Below are positions 25,201-36,114 of a DNA stretch of 64,000 nucleotides, piece by piece. Where the stretch lies: assembly GCA_029717555.1 (NCBI GenBank), contig JAMDHS010000045.1, positions 62,001 through 126,000 on the forward strand, in the 5' to 3' direction. Made by a program: the position numbers and the translations under genes. The first letter of the stretch is position 1. The number at the start of each line of letters is the position of its first letter. Below the pieces are notes generated by a model, which saw nothing but the letters and a program-made list of their open reading frames with translations, searched no databases and was not told the DNA's origin. This DNA is from Peribolospora baueri (taxonomy: Eukaryota).

Positions 25201-28039
25201 CTCGAGCCTCTCGTCTTCGCCTCCCCTTCTGCCGTTGGCCGCCGCACAGCTCGCTCTGTCGCGAGCCACCGCCACAGGTTCCACGGCCGTCGGCGGTCTG
25301 ACCTCGGCCTCGTCGAAACCACCGACGGATGCGCCTCTCTCTTCTCACCTCGCCTTTCCTTCTACCGACGACGCTTCGTCTCCCGCATCCCCCACCCAAC
25401 GGCTCCCTCCCTCTACAGGCGCGGGCGGAGACAAGTCGACAGGCGCTCACGGTACGGCTAGGAGCGCCCTGTCGTGGCTGTTGCGTCCACGCGACCGAGC
25501 ACGCACGCTGAGCGGCAAGAGCGCCGCCACCGCCGCCGTCGCTTCTTCCGCTGGGTTGGCACCGCTGACACCTACGACTGGCGGTGTGCCTCCCGGGACG
25601 GGGACGGGGACGGGTGCGCAGGCTAGCGACACGCTCGCTAGAAGGGGCTCTCGAAAGCTTCAGAAGAAGCGCGGCGACGACGTCAAGGGGGCCGGCGCCG
25701 GCCGAGAGGGCGACAGACAGAAGGTATTTCCTCGCGTACGGCGTCCTGAGGACGGGGCGGGGAACGGCCAGGCGGAGTGGAGCGCAGAGGAAGGGGGAGA
25801 AGAAGAGGACTGGGTACGCGTCCGCGAGCCATCTGGCTCGTTCTCTCGTGTCATGGGCGCCATGTCGCTCCAGGCCGTGCGTCAGGACGAAAGCGCCGGC
25901 ACATGGGGCAGGGTCGGAGTCGGAGTCGTGGGAGCGCGCAGGGCGAGGGTGAAGAGTCTCGAGTCGGACGATCTCAAGCGGCAGCGCGAGCGAGAGGCGG
26001 AGATTGCGCGCGATCGGAAGAGATTGACTGTCGCCGACCTTCTTCGCGCTAGTGCCTCCGAGTTCACTCAGCCAGAGCGGCGCGCTGGCGGTAGTGGTGG
26101 TGGTGGTGACGGCGGTCAACAAGAGTCTTTAGTTGAACTGGGGCCGAGACCCAGCTTGCCTCGCGGCCTTTCTGGCGTGGGAGTAGAGCACCGGCAGGGA
26201 AGACTAGGACCAGGGCCAGGCGGAGCAAAGTCTGGCAAGGGAGCGAGCGGATTGAAACTGACGTCCATCAGCCAGCCGGTCGTGGGACGGCCGACGGCAG
26301 GGTTGGAATCCTGCTCGTCCAGTCGCACTTCCATCTCCACCGCTCCCTCCTTTCCAGGAGGCGTCATGACCTCTCCGAGCGCGAGCGGCAACGTCGCCGG
26401 GCCGCCTTCCTCATCCTCTTCGCAGGTGCGCACGGGAAGCCAGGCTGGCCCGCCTTCCCTTCCTCCTCATCTCAGTTCTGGAAACGCGGCGCTCTCGACC
26501 GTCTCCGCCAGCTCGAGTGTCTCGTGCGCGTCCAGTCTGGAGCGTAGTGGTCTGCTAGGTAGCATCGTCGAGAACGACGAGGCGATGCGCAGTGTGTCCA
26601 GTCTCGTTGCCGCCGCTGTGCCTCAGGCCGATCAAGCTCAAGGCCGTGTCCAGCTCCCTGGTCCTACGGGCGCGGGGGATGCCTTTGCCCGCGCGCCCGG
26701 GACGAAACTGAGTAGACATTCGTCGCTGCGCTCGAACAGAGCCGTCGAGGACGGCGGTTCCCCAGCTGCCCCGCCAGCACCGCCCAGCGCTTTCACTCGT
26801 CATCACTCGCCTCTGCTCCGAACGTCTGTGCCCCTCTCGGACGATGACGAAGGCGAGGTCGGCCACGCCCACGCTCCGGTGCGCAGGCGATCCTCACGGC
26901 GCAGGAAGGACTCACAGAGCAGCAGCCTGCTCGCCCCCGAGGCGGCAACGGGAGGGACCAAGGCGTCGAGCGAGCTTGGCGTGGAGCCGTCTCAGGCCGT
27001 TGCCACCAGAGTTCAGAGCCAGAGACGCTCGCGTCGTAGGGTCATGAGTGAGCCGGACCAGCCATTGGTTTTCCAGAAGCAGCCGATCCGGCCTTTGGCC
27101 AGTGTGGGCGTCGTTGGTTCTCCACCGCCTTCCCCCGTCGTGCTTTCTGCCATGGGCGTATCTGCCCTCGCTTCCCCACCCTTGATCACCTTGGATGGGG
27201 AAGAGGGTGCGGGAGGCGCTAGCACGGGGACGGTGAGCGCAGGGATACACGTGAGCTCCAGCGAGACGGACACCATCAAAGCCGCCGCGACCTCCAGCGG
27301 CAGGGGAGGGATGCGCTGGGGAGCCGGCTTATCAAGCAGGCGGACCTCCGAGCCGAGCTCCGAGTTTGCTCCAGCAGAGTTCGTGTCGGGCACGGTCGGT
27401 GCACCTTGGTACCGCCATCCTCCGTCGGCACACAACAGGACGTCCACCTCGAAGCTCAGCGGGCTCGCCCATCGACGCTCATCATCCTCTCTACAGACTC
27501 CATACGGCATGATGTCGCCCCTCTCCCAACTGCACATGCCTGCACCCTCTCGCATGCTCGAGCATTCCGCCTCGTCCTCAGCCATGTACTCTGCCTATAC
27601 CCCATCGTCCGAAGCTGCCCTGCCCACGACGCCAACTGGAACGTCTGTCACGGGCGCCACGTCCGTCGAGGCTCTGTCGACCAGCAGCAGCCCTGACTTC
27701 CCTGGGGCCGCCCAGAGACGGCCTCGTGCAATGTCTTTGCTTTCCCTCTCTCGGCCAGCTACGCTCGTCCTCACCCCGCCTCCCGTGCCGACTCCCGAGA
27801 TGGCAGTTTCCGAACAACATAGCAGCGGAGGAGGGGCCCGAGATCGCGGTGCAAGCGGCTACTTTGACCTCGACCGTCGAGCGGCTGAGAAGCTGGAGGG
27901 CGAGGACGACGGAGAGGAAGGCGATCTCCGGAGATCCGGTGGGGCCGGAGCGGGGCCAAGCGATGAGGGGGCGGTGGTGGTGGAAGAGGATATCATCCTT
28001 ATCCGACCTGAGGGGGATGAGGACCGGAGCGACGAATGA
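22265..28039 (+). CDS. Large intronless Ser/Ala/Pro/Gly-rich, probably disordered protein of unknown function
   Basis: 5.8-kb stop-free frame from ATG 22265, with no overlapping known gene on the other strand. No recognisable domain; (SQ)n repeat and many RxRxxS/RRxS motifs. Confidence 0.75.
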   Translation: MAPAATAAPPLTGKAAFGEQPLAILALSPRPVFYRPPHSTGPHSAASSRPSSSNGEPSFPSSVDDFSSIPSSPSLPAPPALQTATLQPNGSQSRPRPSALSPAPTPLSGGVVAGGGASNGPSPSAASPSPVMATTSPPIPSASRSATGRSQSQSQSQSQSQSQSQSQSQSSAAVTPLQSSSRSSGGSYFSEDFRRSASDIRRLHSLLDSDVVAAGGRPHERGRGRGRGRETRDDPGELPSERTPSTPNTETDEELWRRVSAGRAGASRRSSARHSPAQSVELNASTTTAPASAAAGPSRHAGSSGGVGVGVGSGASPLAVLAAANSALSTSVVRPAALSPISPTSPSSVAHTVQSQAEVERGRGYRHGHGHGYDASPERPPKGVAGWGLRLARRFSVSTIKRGAEKEKERISEMGKGKERGETTKAGGETKRATGEPGSRRRVLSALDDHHRPAPISYLDLELLLGPSSGSSLDIGIASARARPRPRTASHVMTARERAALVQAADAREKRRPRPKTSKGPGEFSAWASATTSSSSGTETPPGAAADVVGELRATSKGFDPPLGKQARRRPDPGAVVAMETTSPGQKPTLQPGGAFVTSAEAMPSVRKLGGGAAPARNSTPMPPLTRPSAAGPSTSSAFVWNAFPGTVGPKASSPTMRISTTDRTTTTTVMEPDDGLGMTGTNFRSVMPSSAEHDAKAASAASASPSGGGLKSGMGSSSAGLGRRASVRRAGAGAAPLEALAESDGKTAEEERGKGPWTAQDLARQKMRSPGGGAAVTGPKGHADEEPAPGRAAPVLPAASSVEGQGTGAAPVVGPPTGFVASAVPEERERGQMRPVLTTASVLLPTSPTSSVSASASASAPVSPLQTSPTSSKLRQGSGFKKPGWRQRLSLLHFGLGDGSGGGGGRVETEEAGSKALSPSSPSASTPAKSSSDTKTKSVAPSIATVAPSVISPPVATKSGPTPSSPKTPRKTAPPAVVSSLSSSPPLLPLAAAQLALSRATATGSTAVGGLTSASSKPPTDAPLSSHLAFPSTDDASSPASPTQRLPPSTGAGGDKSTGAHGTARSALSWLLRPRDRARTLSGKSAATAAVASSAGLAPLTPTTGGVPPGTGTGTGAQASDTLARRGSRKLQKKRGDDVKGAGAGREGDRQKVFPRVRRPEDGAGNGQAEWSAEEGGEEEDWVRVREPSGSFSRVMGAMSLQAVRQDESAGTWGRVGVGVVGARRARVKSLESDDLKRQREREAEIARDRKRLTVADLLRASASEFTQPERRAGGSGGGGDGGQQESLVELGPRPSLPRGLSGVGVEHRQGRLGPGPGGAKSGKGASGLKLTSISQPVVGRPTAGLESCSSSRTSISTAPSFPGGVMTSPSASGNVAGPPSSSSSQVRTGSQAGPPSLPPHLSSGNAALSTVSASSSVSCASSLERSGLLGSIVENDEAMRSVSSLVAAAVPQADQAQGRVQLPGPTGAGDAFARAPGTKLSRHSSLRSNRAVEDGGSPAAPPAPPSAFTRHHSPLLRTSVPLSDDDEGEVGHAHAPVRRRSSRRRKDSQSSSLLAPEAATGGTKASSELGVEPSQAVATRVQSQRRSRRRVMSEPDQPLVFQKQPIRPLASVGVVGSPPPSPVVLSAMGVSALASPPLITLDGEEGAGGASTGTVSAGIHVSSSETDTIKAAATSSGRGGMRWGAGLSSRRTSEPSSEFAPAEFVSGTVGAPWYRHPPSAHNRTSTSKLSGLAHRRSSSSLQTPYGMMSPLSQLHMPAPSRMLEHSASSSAMYSAYTPSSEAALPTTPTGTSVTGATSVEALSTSSSPDFPGAAQRRPRAMSLLSLSRPATLVLTPPPVPTPEMAVSEQHSSGGGARDRGASGYFDLDRRAAEKLEGEDDGEEGDLRRSGGAGAGPSDEGAVVVEEDIILIRPEGDEDRSDE
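22712..22774 (+). repeat. Coding hexamer repeat (AGCCAA/AGCCAG)n encoding (SQ)n
   Basis: Directly visible within the large ORF. Confidence 0.9.
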
Positions 28040-28823
28040 AGGAACACTACTCGTCGCATTTACCCTATCGGCAATCGGAGCCCAGCTATGAACTTCAAAA
28101 ATGTCCCGAGCCCGGACTTAGAGAGCAGCACTCTCTTTAGGCGCAAGCCCTTTCGCGGCACATCGCTCGCCGCCTCATCCTCCATCCAGATGCGCTCCAC
28201 GTGCACGCGTCCTTTCTCTCATCGACCGCTGCTTGGTCCTGCTTTATTTTTGTTTGCTACAGATCCAGACACACTGCTTGCTTCGCTTTCTTGTACGGAA
28301 TCTTTCTTTCCTTGCCTATCCCCACGGCCGCTCACCTTCATACCCAGGGGGTCGCTTCGGTTTCCCGGTCATCCACGTCGTCACCTTCGCGTTCTCGCCT
28401 TCCGTTTGTCTAGCATAGTGATACCTTCGCCTTCGGTTACCGTTCTTCACCCCTTTTGCTGGTCTTTTCAATATGCGTTCGAGTGCATCGCACCCCATCT
28501 TTCCTTCCCCTCGTCCCGCATGCCATTTTCGTATGACTTTGTGGTATCGCGCGCCACGAACGGTGCCCATGGTCATAGCCGACCACTTGCGTCTCGTTCA
28601 GACCATACCTTACCACTAGCGCCTGTAGCTTTTGCCTTTTTCAGCACTGTATTTTCGTCGTGGCGCCTTAAGGCATTTTGGTCCCCTCATGGGGATTACG
28701 ACGATCTCTCGCGTGCGTTCGTGATCGAGTACTTTACGCGATCGATCCCCGTAGCTTGTTTCTGGCGACGGCACACCGCTCTGAACGTCCATCAACGACG
28801 CTTCGCCACTCTAGTCTTCGACC

Positions 28824-31800
28824 ATGTCGTCACCCCAAAGACCGGCACAAGGCACCACCAGCGTTGGTCCCCCTCCAAGGATGGAAGGGAAGGAGAAAGA
28901 GCGCGAAAGGACGCCACCGTTCGGTCGGAGGGGAGAGGGAGCAGGCAGTGAGCCTACGGTGACGTATCGGCATGTCCTCAGCCCTCAGACGTTGAACCCC
29001 CAGTGAGTTCGTCAAAGTCGGACGGGCACACGGATTCTTGCTGGGCGCCCCTCCGTTCCCATAAACCGTTCCCGCCTCAGCCCCGCGGCCCTCTCATCCT
29101 CTCTTCGTTGCATCGCACGCCTCACCTCACGATTCTGAAGCAATCCTCTCCGCGTCGTCTCGGTCTGTGACGTGGACGCCGCCTACGCTCTCTTCGAAGC
29201 GGCTCGGCTAGGTATCGACGGACAGAAGGTGCCGCTGGCGGTTCAGCAATGGCAAGGCCTCGTGAGTGAGACGCATCCGTATGGCCGTCTTGTGCCCATC
29301 CATACGCCTCTGCGCCGTCGTCCCCTCCCCCGGGGCGTCACGCCCGGGGAGTGATGGAGGCAAGGTTCTGATCGGCAGTCACCTTCACCCTTCTATGGAC
29401 AGATCGCCGTCAACTACCCCGCTCGGAAATTTGGAATCACCAGACACGAGACGGCGACAGAGGCTAAGAGGAAGTGTCCCGAACTGATCTGCGTTCACGT
29501 AGCGACGTACAAGGAGGGCGAGGTGAGCTTTCTGCGTCATCCGCGAGAACCTGCCCAAGCAGGCGGGGTTAACATTGTTTTCGCTTTCATCATACGCAAT
29601 CGCAGGAGCAGGCGGGGTACTGGGAAAACCCCCGTCCGGAAACGCACAAGGTCTCCCTGGATCCTTACAGGAGGGAGAGCAAGAAGATCGTCGCCATCTT
29701 CCGGGAAATGTGCCCGACAGCTCTCATAGGTGGGTGGACAGTCACCCCTGCAGTGGTCTCATTTGCTCTCACTGTCTTCCTCAACCATCCTCTTGACGTC
29801 GCTCTGCAGAGAAAGCGTCGATCGACGAAAGCTATTTCGATCTGACCGCTCCCGTAAGGGACTTGCTGCTGGAGAGGTACCCACATCTTCGCGACCTGCC
29901 TCCGGAGGGCTTGGACACCCCGCTACCGCCTCCGCCCAAGGTGCCTTGGAAAGGCCTCGGTAACCTCATTCCCATGGATGGTGAGGGGCCAGCTTCGATA
30001 TCAGTGCCCAAACGAGAAAGTAGGCACGATGTGAAAGGGTCGGCTGTGGCAGCTGGAGAGGCATCGACATCCCGTTCTCCGTCGCCTGTGCCTGCGGTTG
30101 AGTCAGATCTATCTTCAGGGCCTCAGGGTGACGCGTCAGCTGCTCCCGGCGACGAGCAGTTCGACGCCGGAGCGGAGGATTCGATGGAACAGGGCGAGTT
30201 CACGAGAACGTGGTCCGACGTGGCTCTTGCCTTCGGAGCTGAGATCATGGCAAAAGTCCGTCGGGCGGTGCGCGACAGGCTGACCTATACCACTTCGGCG
30301 GGGATAGCGCGTAACAAGTCGTTGGCCAAGCTCTGTTCGTCTTGGAAGAAGCCGGACGCTCAGACTGTCCTGCGAAACGGAGCGATCGGCGGCTTTCTCG
30401 AAGAGCTGCCCTTTCAAAAGATTCGCTTCTTGGGCGGAAAACTGGGGGAGGCTGTGGCCAAGGAGTGGGACTCGAACACCGTGGGCGACCTGTGGTGAGT
30501 ACTGTCTGATATCGGCGGGAGGAACGTCAAGACGATCTGACTCTTGGTCCTTGTGACTCGCGGTGCATGCATCGAAAGGTCCGTAAGTTTGGAGGAAATG
30601 CAGAGACGCTTAGGAGAAGAGAGCGTGTGGGTGTACGATGTTTTGAGAGTGAGTCGGGCCGGCATCAAAGCTTGCTATCTCCTGAATGCCGGAGCTGACT
30701 AGATTTACATGTTTGGCCGCCAGGGAGTCGACTATAGCGAAGTGACAGAGCGAGAAGCCAACAAGTCGATGCTGGCAGCGAAGAACGTGCAGCCGGCGAT
30801 CACCCGGACGGAAGAGGCACTCAGATGGCTCAAGATCCTCTCGGCGGAGCTGGTCATCCGGCTACGAGAACAACGGGAAGAGCGTCCAAGTCTATGGCCG
30901 AAGACGCTCGTACTTCACTACCGAAAGCCGAGCGAGAGCGCACGGTCTCGACAATGTACCTTCCCTTACACTCGCAACTTGAACGCCGAAGTTGTGCTCA
31001 AGCTGGCAGAGAAGCTCTGGAAGGAGAGCTTGGGTGAGCAGATCGCTAGGGGGAGTATGGGTAAGGTCAGCAACATCTCGCTCGGCTTCCATGGGCTCGA
31101 AGAAGGAGAGACGGGTCAGAAGAATATCGAGGGTTTTTTCGGGAAGGCCCCCTCGGTGCGCCCGAAGCGTCCGATGGAGGAGGCTGTCGAGAGTACGGAT
31201 GGAGGAGCGGCCAGTTCGATTCCGCAATTCGGGCCATCGGCTCGGTCATCGCTAGCGCCGCCATCCAAGAAGCGCAAACCACCACGAGGGCTGGACGTCT
31301 TTTTCGCTTCTCAAGCTGTTCAGCAACCTACCGTGGGATCGTCGTCCGCGGGCGCACGACCAAAGTCGCCAACTCCACGATCCGGCTCGGAATCGTCGGC
31401 CGACAGCTTGTCAACCTGGGTTTGCCCGCAATGCTCCAAGGTCATTACTGTCTCTGCGGAAAAGGACCAGGAAGCGGAGGGGGCCCTGCACAACGCTCGA
31501 CAAGGGCATGAGGTGAGCTTTCCGATTTCGCTTGCTCCTCTTCGGGACAATCGGACGGCGCGATTGACCTCGCCACGGCGTGCTCCTATCTCACATAAAC
31601 CAGGACTGGCATTTCGCGGAAAGCCTCGCGGAAGCCGATCGCGCGATAAATGGAGCGGCTGCGAAGCCGCCAGGTTCGCCTCGCTCTGCCACCCGAAGAG
31701 ACGCCACTCGTGTTGGAACAAGTCATCGAGGTGCGACGACGGCTCCGAGCCAAGCCAGCGGATGCCAAGAGAAGAAGCACTCGAGAGACAAAGGGCAGAC

Positions 31801-31840
31801 GGCTTTGAGCTCGTTCTTCGGCCCCAGCCGGCACCGATGA
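28824..31840 (+). CDS. RAD30: Y-family DNA polymerase eta (translesion synthesis)
   Basis: Spliced motifs NPLRVVSVCDVDAAYA, AVQQWQGL|IAVNYPARKFGITR, HKVSLDPYRRES, EKASIDESYFDL, TTSAGIARNKSLAKL, IRFLGGKLG; C-terminal UBZ-type CPQC...HE|DWHFA and PIP-like LSSFF. Confidence 0.93.
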
Positions 31841-34560
31841 CAGAGGGGGTCACCGCAGGTTCAGATTCATGAGATTTTGGCTGCCTCCTCGTGGCTCGTG
31901 GGCAGCTCTTCGTTGTTTGGAGACAACCCCTCGCGCCCATCGCTTCCCCTGTGACCGTGAAGGATGGCATGCGGCCGAATAAGGCTACCTTTTCGCGCAC
32001 GTCGCACACGCCAAGGGGAAAGCGCGAAAGGGGTGACGAGAAAGTCGTCAGCGTGTCAATGCAGGCAAACCCTGAGTTCTCCACCGTTCATAATGTCGAG
32101 CTAAGGTTAAGATCTCTTTTTCCACTTTTCGTTCCCATCCTATGACGGCGGCGATGTCGAAGCTGCTGCCGCCCAAGGCATACCAGTTCATGCTCTTTTT
32201 TTTTTACTTCAGGTACGCGCCGTGAAACGATGTGACGACGTGCTACCTACATGCTCGCGAACGAGCGACCTGGCCTGATACCGATCTCAGCGCGTGGCAT
32301 GCAAAGAAGAGAAATTGCTATGCACCATGCGTCCGGGTCCTGTCATCCGTGTGCGTGTGCGGGTGGGGAGTGCTCAGAGTTTCACTTTCTCGTTGCGTTG
32401 CGACACCTTCCTATCCCCTTTCCCCGCCAACCACCCGTTCTCGACCACCCACCTCGTGATCGTCTCAAGCCAGGTGAACTTTGCTTGCTCTGGCCCTTGG
32501 CGGACGAACGTGAGCAGGCTGCAGAACCGAAAAGGATCTGGCCAAAGTGGCTGTCAAGACGAGAGAGAACTGGACGCAGCAGATCAACCCCTGAGCGATC
32601 GACGACGTAGCCCTTCCGATCCTTTCTTCCTTTCTCATTGAGCGGCTCTTGAACTCTATTTTTATTTTTGCTTTTGCTTTTCCCCTTCCCCGCCCCGACT
32701 CTTCCCTCCTTCGCCGGCAGGTCTGCGAGAGCATGTTCCATACATAGAGCTATCTTTGCAGCAAGGGACTCCACTTCGAGCCTCGAGAAGGTGCTCGCAC
32801 ACCCCCCCGCTCCCCCTCAATTCTAGGCAGGGTCTCAAAACAGGCTCCAATTGCACCCTGTTCGCAAGCCAGCCAGCCAGCCAGCGTGAGCCATCGAATC
32901 GCATCGACGAGCGAGCGTGGTGACGTCCGGGCTCGGTCCTGTTTCTCGATCTGCTCTGCCCTGTGTACTGTACAGGACAGCAGACGGAGTGGGGCGGCGA
33001 AAGGAAGGAGACGTCGAAAAAGGTCGAAAAAGGAGAAGAAAAATTGCGTATGGGCGAGGGCGACGTACGTCCGTCCGTCCGTCCGTCCGTCCGTCAGCCT
33101 GTCAGCCTGTCAGACCTGGACGTCCGCTCAGAAGGAGACAAGAAGTCAGTTGGTGGTTTCCAAGATCGAGGCCGATCAGCGCGGCGTGCCTGTTGGACGT
33201 GGTCGTGATCTGATCGATGATGGATGCGACGGGCGGACGGGCAAGTCATCGATCGAGTCAAGACAAGGATCGGCTGGTCGGACGTGGCCATCCAATTGTC
33301 CGCTTGACGGTTCGGTTCGGTTAGGTTTGGCTTGGTCCAGTTCGAGGTCGGGAGCTTGTCTCAGCCCCGTTCCGTGCATCGTCAGCGGCCGTTGGAATAG
33401 GCAGACGAAGAAAGAAGCTCGGGTTCGCGAATGACAGCAGACGGAACGGGCCGCGCCTCGCCTGAGCCTTACGAGAGCGTGTGATATGGATGCACATCGT
33501 TCCGACGCGACACCCGCCATGCCCTCGTTGGCGGCGCTAGGTGCCTTGACAGATAGGGTGACGCTTGCGGGCGGACACACCGCCATCTCGGACGACGTCC
33601 GAAGAGGCGAGCTGAGCGTAGGAGAGAAAGGATCGAAGCAAGAAGGGCTATGGATGGATGGATGGATGGATGATTCGATCGAACCGACGCCATCGCCGTG
33701 CGCCGACGGCCGATCGACGTCGGTGCAAACGAGAAAATGTGAGAAAAAAAGGAAAACGGCGGGTGAGTTAGCTGAGAAAGAAAGCGGATTGCGAACCGAA
33801 AAGGGAAAAAGTGAGAGAAGGAAGAGCTTGTTCGGTGAGCGCCCAAGCGGCCTCGGTCGGTCGGTCGGTCGGTCGGTCGGTCGTGATGAAGGTGGTTGAT
33901 GCTTTCTTTCGTGTTGCTGCGGCTGATGATGACAGTGATGATCATAACCATCATCCGTCCCTTGTCTGTCCGCCGCACGTGCAACCAAGTTCATCCGATC
34001 GCTTTGTTGCGTTAGATAGATATCCAGCGCCGCCAGGAGCGGCCATCGGCGGAGATGAGGTGACGTGCATGTCATGTCGGGCGGGCGACGAGCCATTGGC
34101 GATGTGCGTCGTGTCGTCGGTCAGCTCCGTGGCCCCATCGCCAGTGCCAGTTCCAGTTCCAGTGCCAGTGCCCGAGTCCGAGCCCGTGCCCGTGGACGTG
34201 GCCGTCGTCCGTCCCGCGCGCACCAAGCGAGCGACCCACGTCAGCGCACAACTAAACGAAGATTAAGATCCCTTGCCGTTGTTCCCTGCAGCAGCCGGTA
34301 TGTAACATGTCCCGGCGAACGGAAAAAGAGTAGGGTTTGCAAAAGAACTCCAATCGGCCCAGTCGGCCTCGTCGTCGGTCATCGATCATCGATCGAGGAG
34401 GGGCCACCACCGGCCACAGGACAAGACAGACCCAGACCAGACGGACTGGACCGACGGCTCTTCTTCTTACACGATGCGATACCAACAACAGTAACATAGC
34501 CAGCCAACCACTGATGCAGCGACGGACGGACGGACGTTTTGCGTCCATATCTCATCTCTC

Positions 34561-34630
34561 ATCTCATCTCATCTCATCTCATCTCATCTCATCTCAGGGC
34601 AGGGCAGGGCAGGGCAGGGCAGGGCAGGGC
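34561..34630. repeat. Compound microsatellite (ATCTC)7(AGGGC)7
   Basis: Two abutting perfect pentamer arrays, 34561-34595 and 34596-34630. Confidence 0.9.
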
Positions 34631-36070
34631 GACGGATGGGAGGGGCCATTGTGCTGCGTGGTGCCCAGTACCCTTCGGCCTCGAGGCAAGGGCTGGCATG
34701 CGTCGACTTCGACCACGATCACTCGCAGCGGACGGAGGGGAGGTGGGACGGGAGTGTGTCGTGGTTGGTTCATCTCCCGTTATCGAGCCCGCGTCGTCCC
34801 CCATTTTTCCAGTTCCAGGTTTTCTTTATTTCACCTCGGCCTAGTTTAGTTTAGTGGCCACGGGCGGGCCATCGGGAGTACATGAGGCTGTATGTATGTA
34901 GGGGCGGAGCCGGTGGAACGAACGAATGGAGAGCCGCCGGCGGCGTCTGGCTGCATGCAGGTGGCGGGTCTTCACGGGCGAGACTAAGCTTTGATTCCTT
35001 GTCCAAGCTGGGAGCTGGAGCTGGAGCTGGAGCTGGGGGTGCGGCGCCCGTGGAAGTAGCTTGCCATGGGATTTGATTGATTTCTTCGAACGCATCCATC
35101 GTCGACACGCACGCACGCACGCCAGCGCATCGGTTGTCGGCTATCGGCCGTCCGTCGGGACGGTAGCAGGACGTACGTATGGAAAGAACGAGGTCCGGCG
35201 TCGGCCGTCTCGTCTCGGCGTGGAAGCAAAGCGAAAGCGGGAACGAAGAGTCCCTCCGTCGCTCTCTGTCCCCCTTCCTCCCTCCCTCCAACCCGCCTTC
35301 CGAGCCAGCCCCTTCGCTCGTCGTCCGGGCCGGGGCCCTCGGAGCGCGCTGATGACGACGACGTCTCTGTCATGACGGCAGTATGCTTATGGGGTGTGCA
35401 TGTTGTGTGGTGTGCTCGCCTTCCGGCTGGCTGGCGCGTTTCTCGGCAACATCGGCAGGAAGCATATGGGGGATGGGGGGAAGGGCTGGTGGAGGGAACC
35501 AAGGAGGTGGAAATGAAGGAGGGGCCTGGGTGCAGTCTGCACTGCACGCACAAGGGGCCAGGAAGAGGAAGAAGAAAGCGCAACGCAACGTGAGCGTAGG
35601 TAGGGAGGGAGGCGAAGGTAGGGACGCTGCAGAGGGGCGGAACGAGTGGGGCCGGTGAGCGGTGGCTACTCGAGCGTCGCTTATACCCGTCGCGGAGCAT
35701 AATAACTACGCAACTACGTGTACCGATGGATACTTGGATATGCGCCGGTCGCTCGCTCTCCCACGTGCGCCCTTTTCTCTCCTTTCATTCCTCCTCTTCT
35801 TGTCTCGTCTGGTCTCGTCTCGTCTCTTCGCCGCGCTTGGCAACGAACGAGCGAACGAGCAAACGAAGAAACGAACGAACGATCGATCGAATGATCAAAC
35901 GTCAGCCGGCCGAGCATCGCGCGTGCCCAGGTCAAGCTTGGCCGGCGCTCGACGGATCCGCCCAACGCGGATGAATGAATGAAATGATCGTTGTTGCACC
36001 TCGGGTCGGCTCGGCCCCTGCGAGCGATCGATCGAGGCGTCTGGGCCTGGCGCCGGGTCCAGCGCGACGG

Positions 36071-36071
36071 A

Positions 36072-36112
<41 letters not shown>
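36071..36112. repeat. (AAAG)n microsatellite
   Basis: About ten units, directly visible. Confidence 0.9.

Positions 36113-36114
<2 letters not shown>

Noticed and set aside
29160..29195. Pol eta motif I reads DVDAAYA rather than DxDxF(F/Y)
   Set aside because: The catalytic Asp and aromatic steric-gate residue are retained; most likely ordinary lineage variation.
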